A stretch of 63,357 nt of DNA, filler included, from Octopus bimaculoides (taxonomy: Eukaryota), in NCBI RefSeq assembly GCF_001194135.2. It is 4 parts of 3 records of this genome, joined end to end, with 100 filler letters (N's around TTAATTAATTAA, not from the genome) between each part and the next. Parts side by side here need not be neighbours in the genome. Positions count along the whole stretch, not along the records: positions 30,413 to 52,952 come from NC_068982.1; 3 more parts are not named here. One strand, given 5' to 3'. The position numbers and the translations under genes were made by a program. Positions 37,690 to 48,180 of the stretch are shown here, piece after piece; positions within the stretch are counted from its first letter, which is position 1, and the number at the start of each line of letters is the position of its first letter. Under the pieces are notes generated by a model. It ran no database searches, was not told the DNA's origin, and saw nothing but the letters and a program-made list of their open reading frames with translations.

Positions 37690-38730
37690 AGGTTTCTATA
37701 ACCGCTTTGAGAACGATAAAGCTGGAAATGTGAAAACTGTCGTGATACTGGGGTGGAAGAGTAAAATAGGAGACAATTTGCAAGATGTCAAAGTTGCAGG
37801 AAAATGTAGCTCAGTGAAAGAAACTAATGACATAATAGCATCATTAAAACGTAGGAAATGTTCAATGTAGCCAGAACGGTATTGGCTGCAATCCATTTAA
37901 ACAGTTGGCAAATATGACACAAAGGGGGCTAAGAACTGCTTTTAGTGCTGCGTTAAAGCCACAGACGGGAACGGAATTTTCTACAATGCTCTCAGCAAAG
38001 GCCAAGTTGGGAAGAGGAGGTTATTGAAAGAAAGGTAGGTTGGGATGAAATCTATTGATGGAGCACATCACTGTTGACTTTACTACTTCAAGCCATCCCG
38101 TCTCACAATCTGTTGAGATACAAAATAACGAATGACAACAAATGTAGATGCGAAAATGATAGCGTACTAAAGCATATTCATATGGGAAAGTATACATAGA
38201 GATACAATCAAATTCCTTTATAATACTAATAAAAAGCAGATAGAAATGATTACTTGTGCCAAAGAAAAATCCGACAGACGGTAGTAAACATTTTATCACG
38301 TTTTTCACTCAAAAGAGGAGAAATTTGTGAATAACGGGAATTGGGATGGAGTTTGGGAGGTGGAAGGTCTTGTGGGGTGTGAACGTCTCTTTTCAATACT
38401 TGCACGGAAAAAAATGGATATGACAATAAGGTGTGAGGAATTTAATATAATACACCTTGTGGAATTAACTGTCCCATAATTCAAATTCAGCTCGGGTTGG
38501 GAAAGACGAGCACTATCAGAAGCTACTAAAATTCTTAATAAAGTGCATTCCACTTTCCTGTAGAAGTTGGATGTTGGGAGTTTATTGGAACCAGATTGAG
38601 ATTGTGGCTGCTTAGAACTGGTGCTATACATTGGTAAGAAAACGCAACCGTAAAAGAGTTCTGTGTCAATTGAGAGAGCTAGCCATTGTATAAAGCGAAA
38701 AAGGAATGATGGAACCTGGTTGGGGATGAT
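37690..38730 (+). mobile_element. Decayed HERO-like RLE non-LTR retrotransposon, 3' half (post-RT region, CCHC knuckle, RLE)
   Basis: AGNVKTVVIL / KETNDIIASLK / GIGCNPFK / QCSQQRPSWEEEVIERKVGWDEIY*W / NLLRYKITNDNKCRC..LKHI / KYT*RYNQI / WDGVWEV..LVGCERLF..KMDMTIRCEEFNIIHLVELTVP / EVGCWEFIGTRLRLWLL / ERASHCIKRKRNDGTW. Confidence 0.82.
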
Positions 38731-39473
38731 TTCAAAATGTACTTCATGTCGAATGCTAGTCAGTCGAATGTGTAGGTGGGGAGCTTTCCTCAGTGAGGTG
38801 GGGGTAGCAGGATAAAATCGTCCAGAGGATGTCGCAGAAACTGTATACATTCTCTCAAAATGACCCCAAAAATCTACTGGCATCTGGGATGCTGAGTTTC
38901 CAAATGACTACATTCGCATAAGTAAGCTAATTCCAAGTCTAAGCTGCTGTACTTTGGAAGCTTCCGCCATCGAAATACGTAAATAATAGAACGAATCCAT
39001 CACCATATAACGTATATGAGAATGTGTTGGTTATATTTGAAGCCAACCGCATTTTGAATTCACATAAAATATTTTTTGACCGACGGTACAATTTAAAATT
39101 TAAAATAAAGAAAATAAATGGAAGTTTTGCCAAAATATTTCCTCGCGGCAGTTTGAAATACGAGAAAAAAATAAATTCATTTAACTAGGTTTCAAACCGA
39201 GTTGGCTCTTTGCTCCAAGGTATTCGCCATATATTAATATGAGATTAACAAAAACCGCCACCGATTAAAACGGGTGCAACCGACAGGCTGATGCTGCGAG
39301 CATATTTCAAGTTAAATACCTTCATTTCAATATTGACACACTTTCAAAATAAAAACAAAGATGATAAAGAAAAATGTAAAATTTACATTATTTTATTGAA
39401 AGGAATATGTTAACATGCCTGCAAACATGCAAAATTTTCCATCATGTACAGACGAGACGTATATAGAATGAAT

Positions 39474-39480
<7 letters not shown>

Positions 39481-39532
<52 letters not shown>
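39481..39532. repeat. (CT)n microsatellite at an N gap
   Basis: Directly visible. Confidence 0.97.
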
Positions 39533-40156
39533 NNNNNNNNNNNNNNNNNNNNNNNNNNNNNNNNNNNNNNNNNNNNNNNNNNNNNNNNNNNNNNNNNNNN
39601 NNNNNNNNNNNNNNNNNNNNNNNNNNNNNNNNNNNNNNNNNNNNNNNNNNNNNNNNNNNNNNNNNNNNNNNNNNNNNNNNNNNNNNNNNNNNNNNNNNNN
39701 NNNNNNNNNNNNNNNNNNNNNNNNNNNNNNNNNNNNNNNNNNNNNNNNNNNNNNNNNNNNNNNNNNNNNNNNNNNNNNNNNNNNNNNNNNNNNNNNNNNN
39801 NNNNNNNNNNNNNNNNNNNNNNNNNNNNNNNNNNNNNNNNNNNATATATACACATACACACACACACATATACACACATAGAGAGAGGATAGTGTTTGTT
39901 GGTTTGTTAGTTTTCATTTCGGGGTGGGGGATGGGGAGGAATCTCTTGTCTCACAGAATTTAAAGAAATACCGCATTGTTGTTGCTGCTCTTAGGAACGC
40001 TTTTCTAGTGAAAGAAATAATTTTCTGATGCGATGACTAAACAAAAAATTTAAACTAGGCTACAGGGCAATAATTTTGAAATGAGCCCTACTATTGAACA
40101 ATGAACAATCAATGATTCCTCAATATCAAACCGATAGCATTATGCCATAAAATGGT

Positions 40157-40374
40157 AAAGGCAGTAAGCTGGAATAATCGTTAGAATGTCGGAGAAAATG
40201 TTTCAGAGTATTTCTTGCTGTTTTTTTTTTTTTGTTTTGAGTTGAATTCTTATCGGATATAACTATGTTGTTCTTCCTTCCACGGCTGCTCAATAAAAGT
40301 ATCACTCGAGGATTGGGATCGCAGATATTGCCTCTATCCATAATATTGTTGGATTTGTACCTAAATCAGAAACC
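40157..40374 (+). mobile_element. Highly decayed family B SINE
   Basis: aaggcagtaagctggaataatcgttagaatgtcgga.aaaatg..gagttgaattc..caataaaagtatc..ttgtacctaaatcagaaacc follows the family B order. Confidence 0.55.
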
Positions 40375-41221
40375 ACTGTGGCATCACATGCATATCGAAA
40401 GGAAAATTTCCCCAACATTGTTAATAGTCTGTTATGTGGTCACAATGTCACAAAGAAACTTTTTATGATAGCATGAAAGCTTACAGCCTGACTACTGCAA
40501 CGCCCCTCATGTTAATAGGGATTCTACTCCTTAGTGAGTTTAGTGCAAAAGATATGATTTTTATAAGGACGCAAGATGGTAGCATTTTCTGCGTGACGAA
40601 CAAAATGCTGTGCGGTGTTTCCTCAAGCTATATATGTTCTGAGTCGGAAAATGTACCGAGATATACTTCCTCATTTCGAGGATGATAAAATAAAATATAC
40701 TTCAAGTAATATTGTTGCTGATGTCCTTGTGGCAAATAAAATGAATTTTTTTTCCTGTTATTGTCCATTTTTATTGTTTTCTGACAGAGGTAAGAACCTC
40801 ATCTTCTTGAATATATTCTCTACGTTATTTCCTTTTTCATAATCTACTTTTCCTTTCTTCTTTTTCTCTCCCTCTTTTGCCTTTTATCTAGTTATTCTTT
40901 TCTTTATATCTTTTTTTATCTTCTCTTTATTATTTTTCTGTAGTTATACATACGGACACTACTATATACACAGGCAAATTTGAAACTTTTAATATATTTC
41001 GCTTCAATTGATCAAGGAAAGTTGTTAATTGCGTAAGCATTTGAAACGTGTATAGCATGAAATGCTTTCGAAATACCAATAATTGGTTTCTATAATACTT
41101 CAAACATTATGGGTTTTACGCTTCTGATAATCTACCTTTACTTGGGTAATATAATTTAGATATAGACTACATTTTCCTGGGTGACATAATTACAACGTAA
41201 TACGAATATAAAAGTGAAGTG

Positions 41222-41278
41222 ACAATCTAAACATTGAGTTTGAAATATTAGCTATTTCAAACTCAATGTTTAGTTTGT
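41222..41278. repeat. 26-bp inverted repeat with a 5-nt spacer (one mismatch)
   Basis: acaatctaaacattgagtttgaaata-ttagc-tatttcaaactcaatgtttagtttgt. Confidence 0.92.
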
Positions 41279-41872
41279 ATTAGCAAACTAACATATGTAT
41301 GTACGTGTGAATTTAATTATATACTTCTATATTATATCGAGTTGTTCAAATTCACACCAGGCTTACTTCATCGGATAAGGACGAGTATAAACACCTAGAA
41401 TTAACGCTACCGAGATAAAAAAAAAAATATATCACTGACATCATCATGTATTTAAATGTGGGCAAAAATAAATGTAGTAAAACATTTAATTCTCCTTTAA
41501 ACATATCTCCATACATTATATATTTTACATTATACTATGAATTATATGAACAAGTGCCTGTTCTTTCTTTCAAGTCACTAATGACTACACCCTACTAAAC
41601 AAGGTAGTTTGTACACAAAATGTGGGTTGAGATTAACCATGTTACCTATACTTACAAATAAATATACGAGCTCTGCACAACTTTATTGCATTGGTATATT
41701 GATTTTCTTTAATTCATTACGACGGAAATAAATGAGAAAATGTATCGTGGATATTTATGCAATTCTGCACTGTCGAATTCATAAACTATACTAAATCTAT
41801 CACAGAGAACTACGAACATAGAAAAAACAATGGGAATGAAAAATATTCTAACTGCATCTCCTAGAAAACTAC

Positions 41873-42017
41873 AATTATTTACATTATTTACATTTGACGG
41901 ATATTTGTCCTCATCTTGTTTGTTAACACAATGTTTCGGCTGATATACCCTCCAGCCTTCATCAGGTGTCTTGCGGAAATTTCAAATCTGGGTTCTCATT
42001 CCTAAGGTATTTTTCGA

Positions 42018-42058
<41 letters not shown>

Positions 42059-42129
42059 TCACTGCCTGGAATCGAACTCGGAACCTTGGGGTTAGTAACC
42101 CGCGCTGTTAATCATTACACCATATGCCC
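41873..42129 (-). mobile_element. Family D element, complete head: tRNA-derived Pol III head, (TAA)n, hammerhead tail
   Basis: Reads gggcatatggtgtaatgattaacagcgcgggttactaaccccaaggttccgagttcgattccaggcagtgacctg, with an A-box at 42112-42122 and B-box GTTCGATTC at 42069-42077. Then (aat)n and the same body as 35697-35842. Confidence 0.9.
41925..41970 (-). ncRNA. Hammerhead ribozyme motif, stem III mutated
   Basis: GACAC-CUGAUGA-A-GGCUG..CAGCC-GAA-ACAU-U-GUGUU. ACGU has become ACAU (a CpG transition), so it is probably impaired. Confidence 0.65.
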
Positions 42130-42130
42130 A

Positions 42131-42148
42131 CGGGAATATGGTGTAGTG

Positions 42149-42242
<94 letters not shown>

Positions 42243-42412
42243 TCGAAAACTATCTTAGGAATGAGAACCCAGGTTCGAAATTTCCCCAAGACATCTGATG
42301 AAGGCTGAAGGGTATATCAGCAGAAACGCTGTGTTAACAACAAACAAGCCGAGGACAAATATCCATCAAAGGTAAATAATGTCCATAATTCCTCATCTCT
42401 TAAATATAGAAT
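42131..42412 (+). mobile_element. Family D element, head internally deleted; inverted partner of 41873-42129
   Basis: cgggaatatggtgtagtggtt (A-box only) joined directly to (aat)n, then the body through ..gtaaataatgtccataattcctcatctcttaaatatagaa. Confidence 0.9.
42290..42335 (+). ncRNA. Hammerhead ribozyme motif, core mutated
   Basis: GACAU-CUGAUGA-A-GGCUG..CAGCA-GAA-ACGC-U-GUGUU. The stem II closing pair and the conserved U16.1 are altered, so it is probably inactive. Confidence 0.6.
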
Positions 42413-42738
42413 TGTACAAGTTCGGCTATAAAAATGTAATTTCAATAAACATTATTCAATAGATTTTGGGATGGGTTGAATTATAAAATTGAAGTGGGAA
42501 CGTAAAATGGCTGGTTCATGTCATTTATCTGCAAACAAGGGATAGGAAAGTGATATTGTTTGGATCAATTTTGGTTTTGAAGTTTTCTTCAGTTCAAGCG
42601 ATGAGGACATCTTCATACTGATCCCCCACTGTCATAAGACGGACTAAAAGTCAGAAACATTAGAGATTTCTCCCTTTTGACTATAAGACCCCTATCTCTT
42701 TACTGTATTTGACCCTTAGTCCCTATCTTTTTACTGGG

Positions 42739-42777
<39 letters not shown>

Positions 42778-42807
42778 GTGCGTGGGTGCGTGTATGTGCG
42801 TCCGTGC

Positions 42808-43796
42808 CTTGTGGTCGCTGCAGTTTATGGTGGCCCTTTCGGACACACCCTCAGTTACACAGACAGCCACACTTACTTTGCCGACGACAGAAAAGTAGTA
42901 CAAGCAGTCAAGGAGCTGTCTGATACTAATCTTCTACAGAATCACCTAGGTGCCATGTATAAATGAGCTGAAGAAAACAACATGCAGTTTAGTGAAAGGA
43001 AATTCTAAGCTCTTCGCTATCAACTAGCTAGTGCTCACATTCTACAACAATGGTAATTTGGACCAAGGGAGAGGCAATTCCAGAGTAAAGTACAGTTAGT
43101 GATCTAGGAACTGATATGAGCAACAGTACCACGTTTCACATACATTCCATCATGTTGGTAGAAATGTGCTGGTGAATAGCTGGATGTACTCTGAAAACAT
43201 TTGAACCAGGGTTCGCAAAACTAGGTGGGTTCTATGGAGATCATTTGTACTCAGCCATCTGGATTACTGCTCTCAAATATGTCATCTGAGTGTCAAATTG
43301 ATAGCGGAACGTGAGGATGTTCAGCGGTGCTATACCATCAAGACTGCATTACTGGAATAGCTGGGCTAATGGGAGAGAGTAAAGAGGTTACGGCTATACT
43401 CCCTGGAGGGAAGACAGGAGAGGTATATACGTATGGAAAATCTTGGAGGAGTTAGCACCAAAACTCTGACACCGTGAGCTTTGCCGGCCCTCGTACTGGA
43501 CGTTTACTGGATTGTTCCAAAGGTCCCAGCTATCGCGTCTTTTGTGAAGACCATGAACTGTAATAATTTGAGATTCCAGGGCCCGTTGCTATTTAAGGCC
43601 TTGTCAAAGCTTCCGAGGGATCTTCACAGAGTTGGGGAGGATATTTTCAAGAAACACAAAAGAGTGAAGCAATGTCGAACTCCCTCCTTCACTAAAAGCC
43701 AATCGCACAAGATTGGTCATTGAAAAGATAATTACAGTGGCGGTGCCCATGTATGGCCACAGCCTTTAGTTGAAACGCATAAAAGAATAAAAAGAT
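42808..43796 (+). mobile_element. 5'-truncated CR1/L2-group LINE, same family as 12890-14955
   Basis: FMVALSDTPSVT..YFADDRKVVQAVK..*AEENNMQF.. SHLDYCSQI..YSLEGRQERY. Nucleotide similarity to 13970-14950, with the same 3' tail ggcggtgccc..atggccacagcc..tgaaacgcataaaagaataaaaaga. Confidence 0.9.
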
Positions 43797-45747
43797 ATAT
43801 AAATATGTTATCTATATATATATTATTTAAATAATAAGCCCTGAATGTCAAATAGCTAATATTAATTTGTATTTTGAAAGGCAGCATCAGATATGATTTC
43901 TGACAGTGAATTACGCGAAAACATGGACGAAATGAGTTATAACTGGTTTGTTACAATACGCTTTTCTCTTTTATAATATTTTTAGACAAAGTGAATTCAA
44001 ATGTTATAGAGAAGAATACGAATTTGAAGAGCAAACGTAGAATTTGAAATAAAATATCAGATTTGGTTTAATATATTGATACAAACAAAGTATTACAATG
44101 AACACTTCTTGTACAGTAGTTTTCTTTAGCTTAAGACCTGTAATTTTAACAGCGATCTTACCACAAAGATTTTATACAATACGTGTTGTCATTCTGAACG
44201 ATATTATGCCACCCTGTTTCAGTGTAAACAAATTGATATACTGACATGGAAATAGAATATATTAACAAGCACTTTTGGCAACGGATATCAAATATTTGCA
44301 TGAAATATTATTTTCTGTATTATCGATGCTTCCGTGCTCGAAGCTCCAAGAAAAGTAAGATTGCATGCAAAAATATTTCCTTTTGGTTACGCATAAAGTA
44401 ATTGTAATGCCAAAAATCCTCTATGCAATTACTTTGAATTATATAGAACAGCTTTTCAGCTAAAGGATGCAATATATAAAAAAGTATGTTAATGTCTTTT
44501 TTCAATGATTAATTAAATTTTTACTTGTCCTTCCATGTGCATCACAAGACTCCTCGGGTGCTTTATATTCACACTCAACATAATGATTATTTTAAATTGA
44601 AGGAACTTTCGATTTGATAGTCTTTCAAGTAACCTGCAGATATTGTTTCCTATTTTTCCACTTTGCGTGATTTAGGTAAACAGTACTTATGGAATCAAGA
44701 ATTTTTGTTAATGAACGCAATCAGTAGGATCCGAGGATATTGATATTCCCTTGTTTTGACTATATTGTCTACATTATTTCATTTTGTTTATTTTGGCATA
44801 TTTTGGTTCTGGGACATTTGTTTCCGGTTCTACAACCAGTAGTTCTCTTTTTAGATGTACTCCAAAGTAGTTGAAGTATTGATGTGTTAATATTCAATAA
44901 GCGATTTCAGTATAATCTCCATGAATACAGATGGTCGAGTTCTTCCAACACTATAACTTCTTCTTTGTGATTTCGTAGTTTCTAATCGTACGTCACAAAG
45001 AATTGTTCTCCGGATGAAAACATTGCACGTTATCAAATGGTTTGTGTGAATATTTAAGCAGCATTTACAATCATATTATTGTCACGACAAACTGGAATGT
45101 TTCTATGTGCATCAGACTTCTAGATTTTCAATTACAATTTGAAGAACTTTCCTTAACCTCAATAATGTTTCTAAATTAATCACAAAGTTAATGTAATGTG
45201 TGTGATTTTCCATTAATGTGCAATATGTCATTCGGTATTGATGTGCCACTTATTAAAACACATATATTATATGTGATATGATATATATCTATATATATAT
45301 ATCATATGCGATAAGATATAAATTATAGTACCTGGCCATTGTCATATTCTAAGATAAGCGTACATTTATATGAGTGGTGTATGAGTGTTTACAGTTGCTG
45401 CCGTTTCGGTTTAATATTTGTTACTGATTCAATAACATTATACTGCTGCAGTGATCTTTTTCACCCATTTTCTACAGTGAGAGATACCTGAGGTGCTCTC
45501 AGACTGACTTCCATATCAAATCCGCCTAATTAAATAAGTACGAAATTACTACTGACGTATTGGTAGGTGCGCACTGCCCCATGAAAAGATAGGATCATCA
45601 CAGTAGGAATGACATTCATTATACAAGTGTCCACGAAGTGTTAACAACGGTGACGAATGTATGTAGCATGTTTTCTTCCGAATTAAGAGGAAATTGTGAA
45701 AAGATTAGAAATTATTTATTTAAACTGTTTTCTGATACTAATAATCT

Positions 45748-45941
45748 TTTCTACTCTAGTCACGAGACCCAGAATTTTAGAGAAGGGGCCAGATGATTAC
45801 AACTGGTACTAATTTACTGACCCCGAAAGGATGAAAAGCAAAAGCGACTTCTGCGGAATTTGAACTCAGAACGTAAAAACAGACGAAATACTGCTAAGCA
45901 TTTCGGCCGGCCTGCTAACGTTTCTACAAGATCGCCGCCTT
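45748..45941 (-). mobile_element. Family B SINE
   Basis: aaggcggcgatcttgtagaaacgttagcaggccggccgaaatgcttagcagtatttcg..acgttctgagttcaaattccgcagaagtcgc..catcctttcggggtcagtaaattagtaccag. Confidence 0.85.
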
Positions 45942-46559
45942 TTTCTGTTACTAATAATATAACACAAATTCCGTTTCTTTGTTTCATAACCTCACCTTGA
46001 AAAACAACTTTTTAGAGTATTGCAAAGAACATAATCGCTTAAATGCATCTAATTTTAGTTAACTACGTTTTGACGGTTATTATTTTCAATTCACCTGAAT
46101 CATTATACTTAACGCAGAGCATATATAAACGCATTCTGATAATAAAACTTAAAAGCAAAGAGATAATTCATTTTCATATCAGTATTTACTCCATACATAA
46201 CACCAACATACAAGTGATGTTGAACATGAAATGAACCACATTTGTTATACAAGTTCCAATACATGCTACCTAATTAGTAACATTTATATATGAAGAACAA
46301 TTTCAATTAACAGAGATTTATTGGAAACGTTACAGTTAGTACTTACAATGTTACAACTTTTCTTAGATGACAATAATGTCATAAACTATGACCAACTTTT
46401 AACGAAAATTATTACATTTAAATTTTCCACAGTCATAATAGTAAAATATCTGTCTTGTGGATATGTAAAAGCAAATTATAATGATTATAGTAGAGAAATG
46501 TAAGTTAATTGAGAGACACCAGTCGGAGCACGCAGTGTCATATGCAATTCGTACAACAA

Positions 46560-46892
46560 ACATATAAAACAATACAAGCACGCAAGCACACAGACAGACA
46601 CAGACACAGGCACGTATACACACACACACAAACACACATACACATACACATTTACTTAGATTATCATACAACTGAGGTATATGCATTATGCAAATTGAAA
46701 CAATACTGAATGATTTTGAAGGGAAACAGTGTTACTTTATTTTCAAGAAGTTACAATTTATAAACTGTTTCAACTGGAGATATCTTAGAATGTAGAATAC
46801 TTACTCTGTGTGTTTGTGTTTGTGTGTGTGTGTGTGTTTGCGTGCGACTCTGTGTGTGTATGTGTGTGTACACTCGCGTGCGTGCGTGTGTG
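46560..46892. repeat. (CA)-type and (TG)-type microsatellite patches
   Basis: Two imperfect runs at about 46575-46630 and 46806-46892. Confidence 0.85.
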
Positions 46893-47039
46893 TAAATTGG
46901 TTATTGTGCATTTTTCTTGTATGCTGGTGTATAAAAATCAGTCTAGGTGATGTGGGAAAAATATGAATAGAAAATTATGATAGAATTACAATAAACATTC
47001 CAACATCCATATTAGCATAAATTTAGGAATTAAGCATCT

Positions 47040-48180
47040 CTTAGACCCTGATATCGAATTTCAAATTGGGGACATCAGGGAGAAAGAGGTAAATGATTTC
47101 GTGAGAAAAGCTAGAGCAAAGAGTGCCTTAGGAGGTGATGGCGTCTCGTATAAAGTTTACAAATATTACAATCGTCTGCGAAAGAAGTCTTATACCTGCC
47201 GAAGGAGGCCAATGCAGAGATTGTAAAACAGTTTAGGTGGATATCCTTATTGAATGTGGAAGGCAAGATCTTTATGGGAATTCTCTCGAGAACAGTGGCA
47301 TATTCACAGAGGAATGGATATGTTGATGAATCTGTTCAAAAGGCCGTAATCCCTGGGATCCCTGGATGCGTTGAACACTATTTTTCGATTTGGAAAGCGA
47401 TCCAGGATGCCAAATAGAATACAAGAAATCTGAACGCGGTATGGCTTGACCTAGCTAATGAATATGGGTCAGTGCCATGGACCAATTCCACGTTCCAGAC
47501 AAAGTAACCAAAATAATGACGATGTATTATGACAGTTTTGAAATGAGGTTTACAGTTGGAAATTTTACAACAGACTGGCACCGATTGGAGACTGGCATTG
47601 CTGTTGGCTGTACAATATCTGTCACGTGGTTTTTCTTAGTCTTGGAGATGATTTTGAAACCCGTGGAATTTTCGGAACGAATCGCCCACGTACAATCACC
47701 TAAGAAAGCCTTCATAAATGACGTTACACATCTATCTACAGATAAGCAAATCATGCACAGTGCCTCTCGAGATTAGACGAGCTTATGAGGTGGTCAAGGA
47801 TGAGGTTTAGGGCAAAAAAGCTGCGTAGTCTGACATTTTTTAAGGGAGTGCAAAAAGAATTTAAGTGCAGAAAGAATTTAATGCTGAAGAAAGCATTCCA
47901 TAAACTCGCACTGTCAAGAGTTGGGGTGAGTATATACTGGAACATAGGAGTAGCGGAATGGAATTTATGGGACAAGCCGAGGTTGGATTATCAACGATTG
48001 ATAACTCAAAGTTATCAGGTAAATATAAGATTTGGTGCTTACAGTTCGGCTTGTATCCGCAACTTTCGTGGCCATCTTTAATATACGAGGTAGCACTGTC
48101 ACGAGTTTAGATCATTGAACAAAAATGTAATGTGTTCATTAGAAAGTGGCTAGGCCTACCTCAGATGTTGAACAGTTTGG
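47040..48180 (+). mobile_element. Decayed HERO-like non-LTR retrotransposon, RT half (truncated at both ends)
   Basis: EVNDFVRKARAKSALGGDGVSYKVYK / FRWISLLNVEGKIF / NGYVDESVQKAVIPGIPGCVEH..IWKAIQDAK..LNAVWLDLANEYGSVP / FEMRFTVGNFTTDWHRLETGIAVGCTISV / KAFINDVT / WSRMRFRAKKLRSL / YEVALSRV..RKWLGLP. Confidence 0.9.

Noticed and set aside
38564-38633. Apparent 70-nt exon with strong splice sites
   Set aside because: Its only open frame, EVGCWEFIGTRLRLWLL, is the VEVGCRGF motif of the surrounding LINE endonuclease.
38305-38883. 192-aa gap-free minus-strand ORF
   Set aside because: It is the antisense shadow of the decayed HERO-like RLE domain on the plus strand; no recognisable protein features.
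42055-42129. tRNA gene
   Set aside because: A and B boxes are present, but acceptor and anticodon stems do not pair properly and it is fused to a repeat body; treated as a SINE head.
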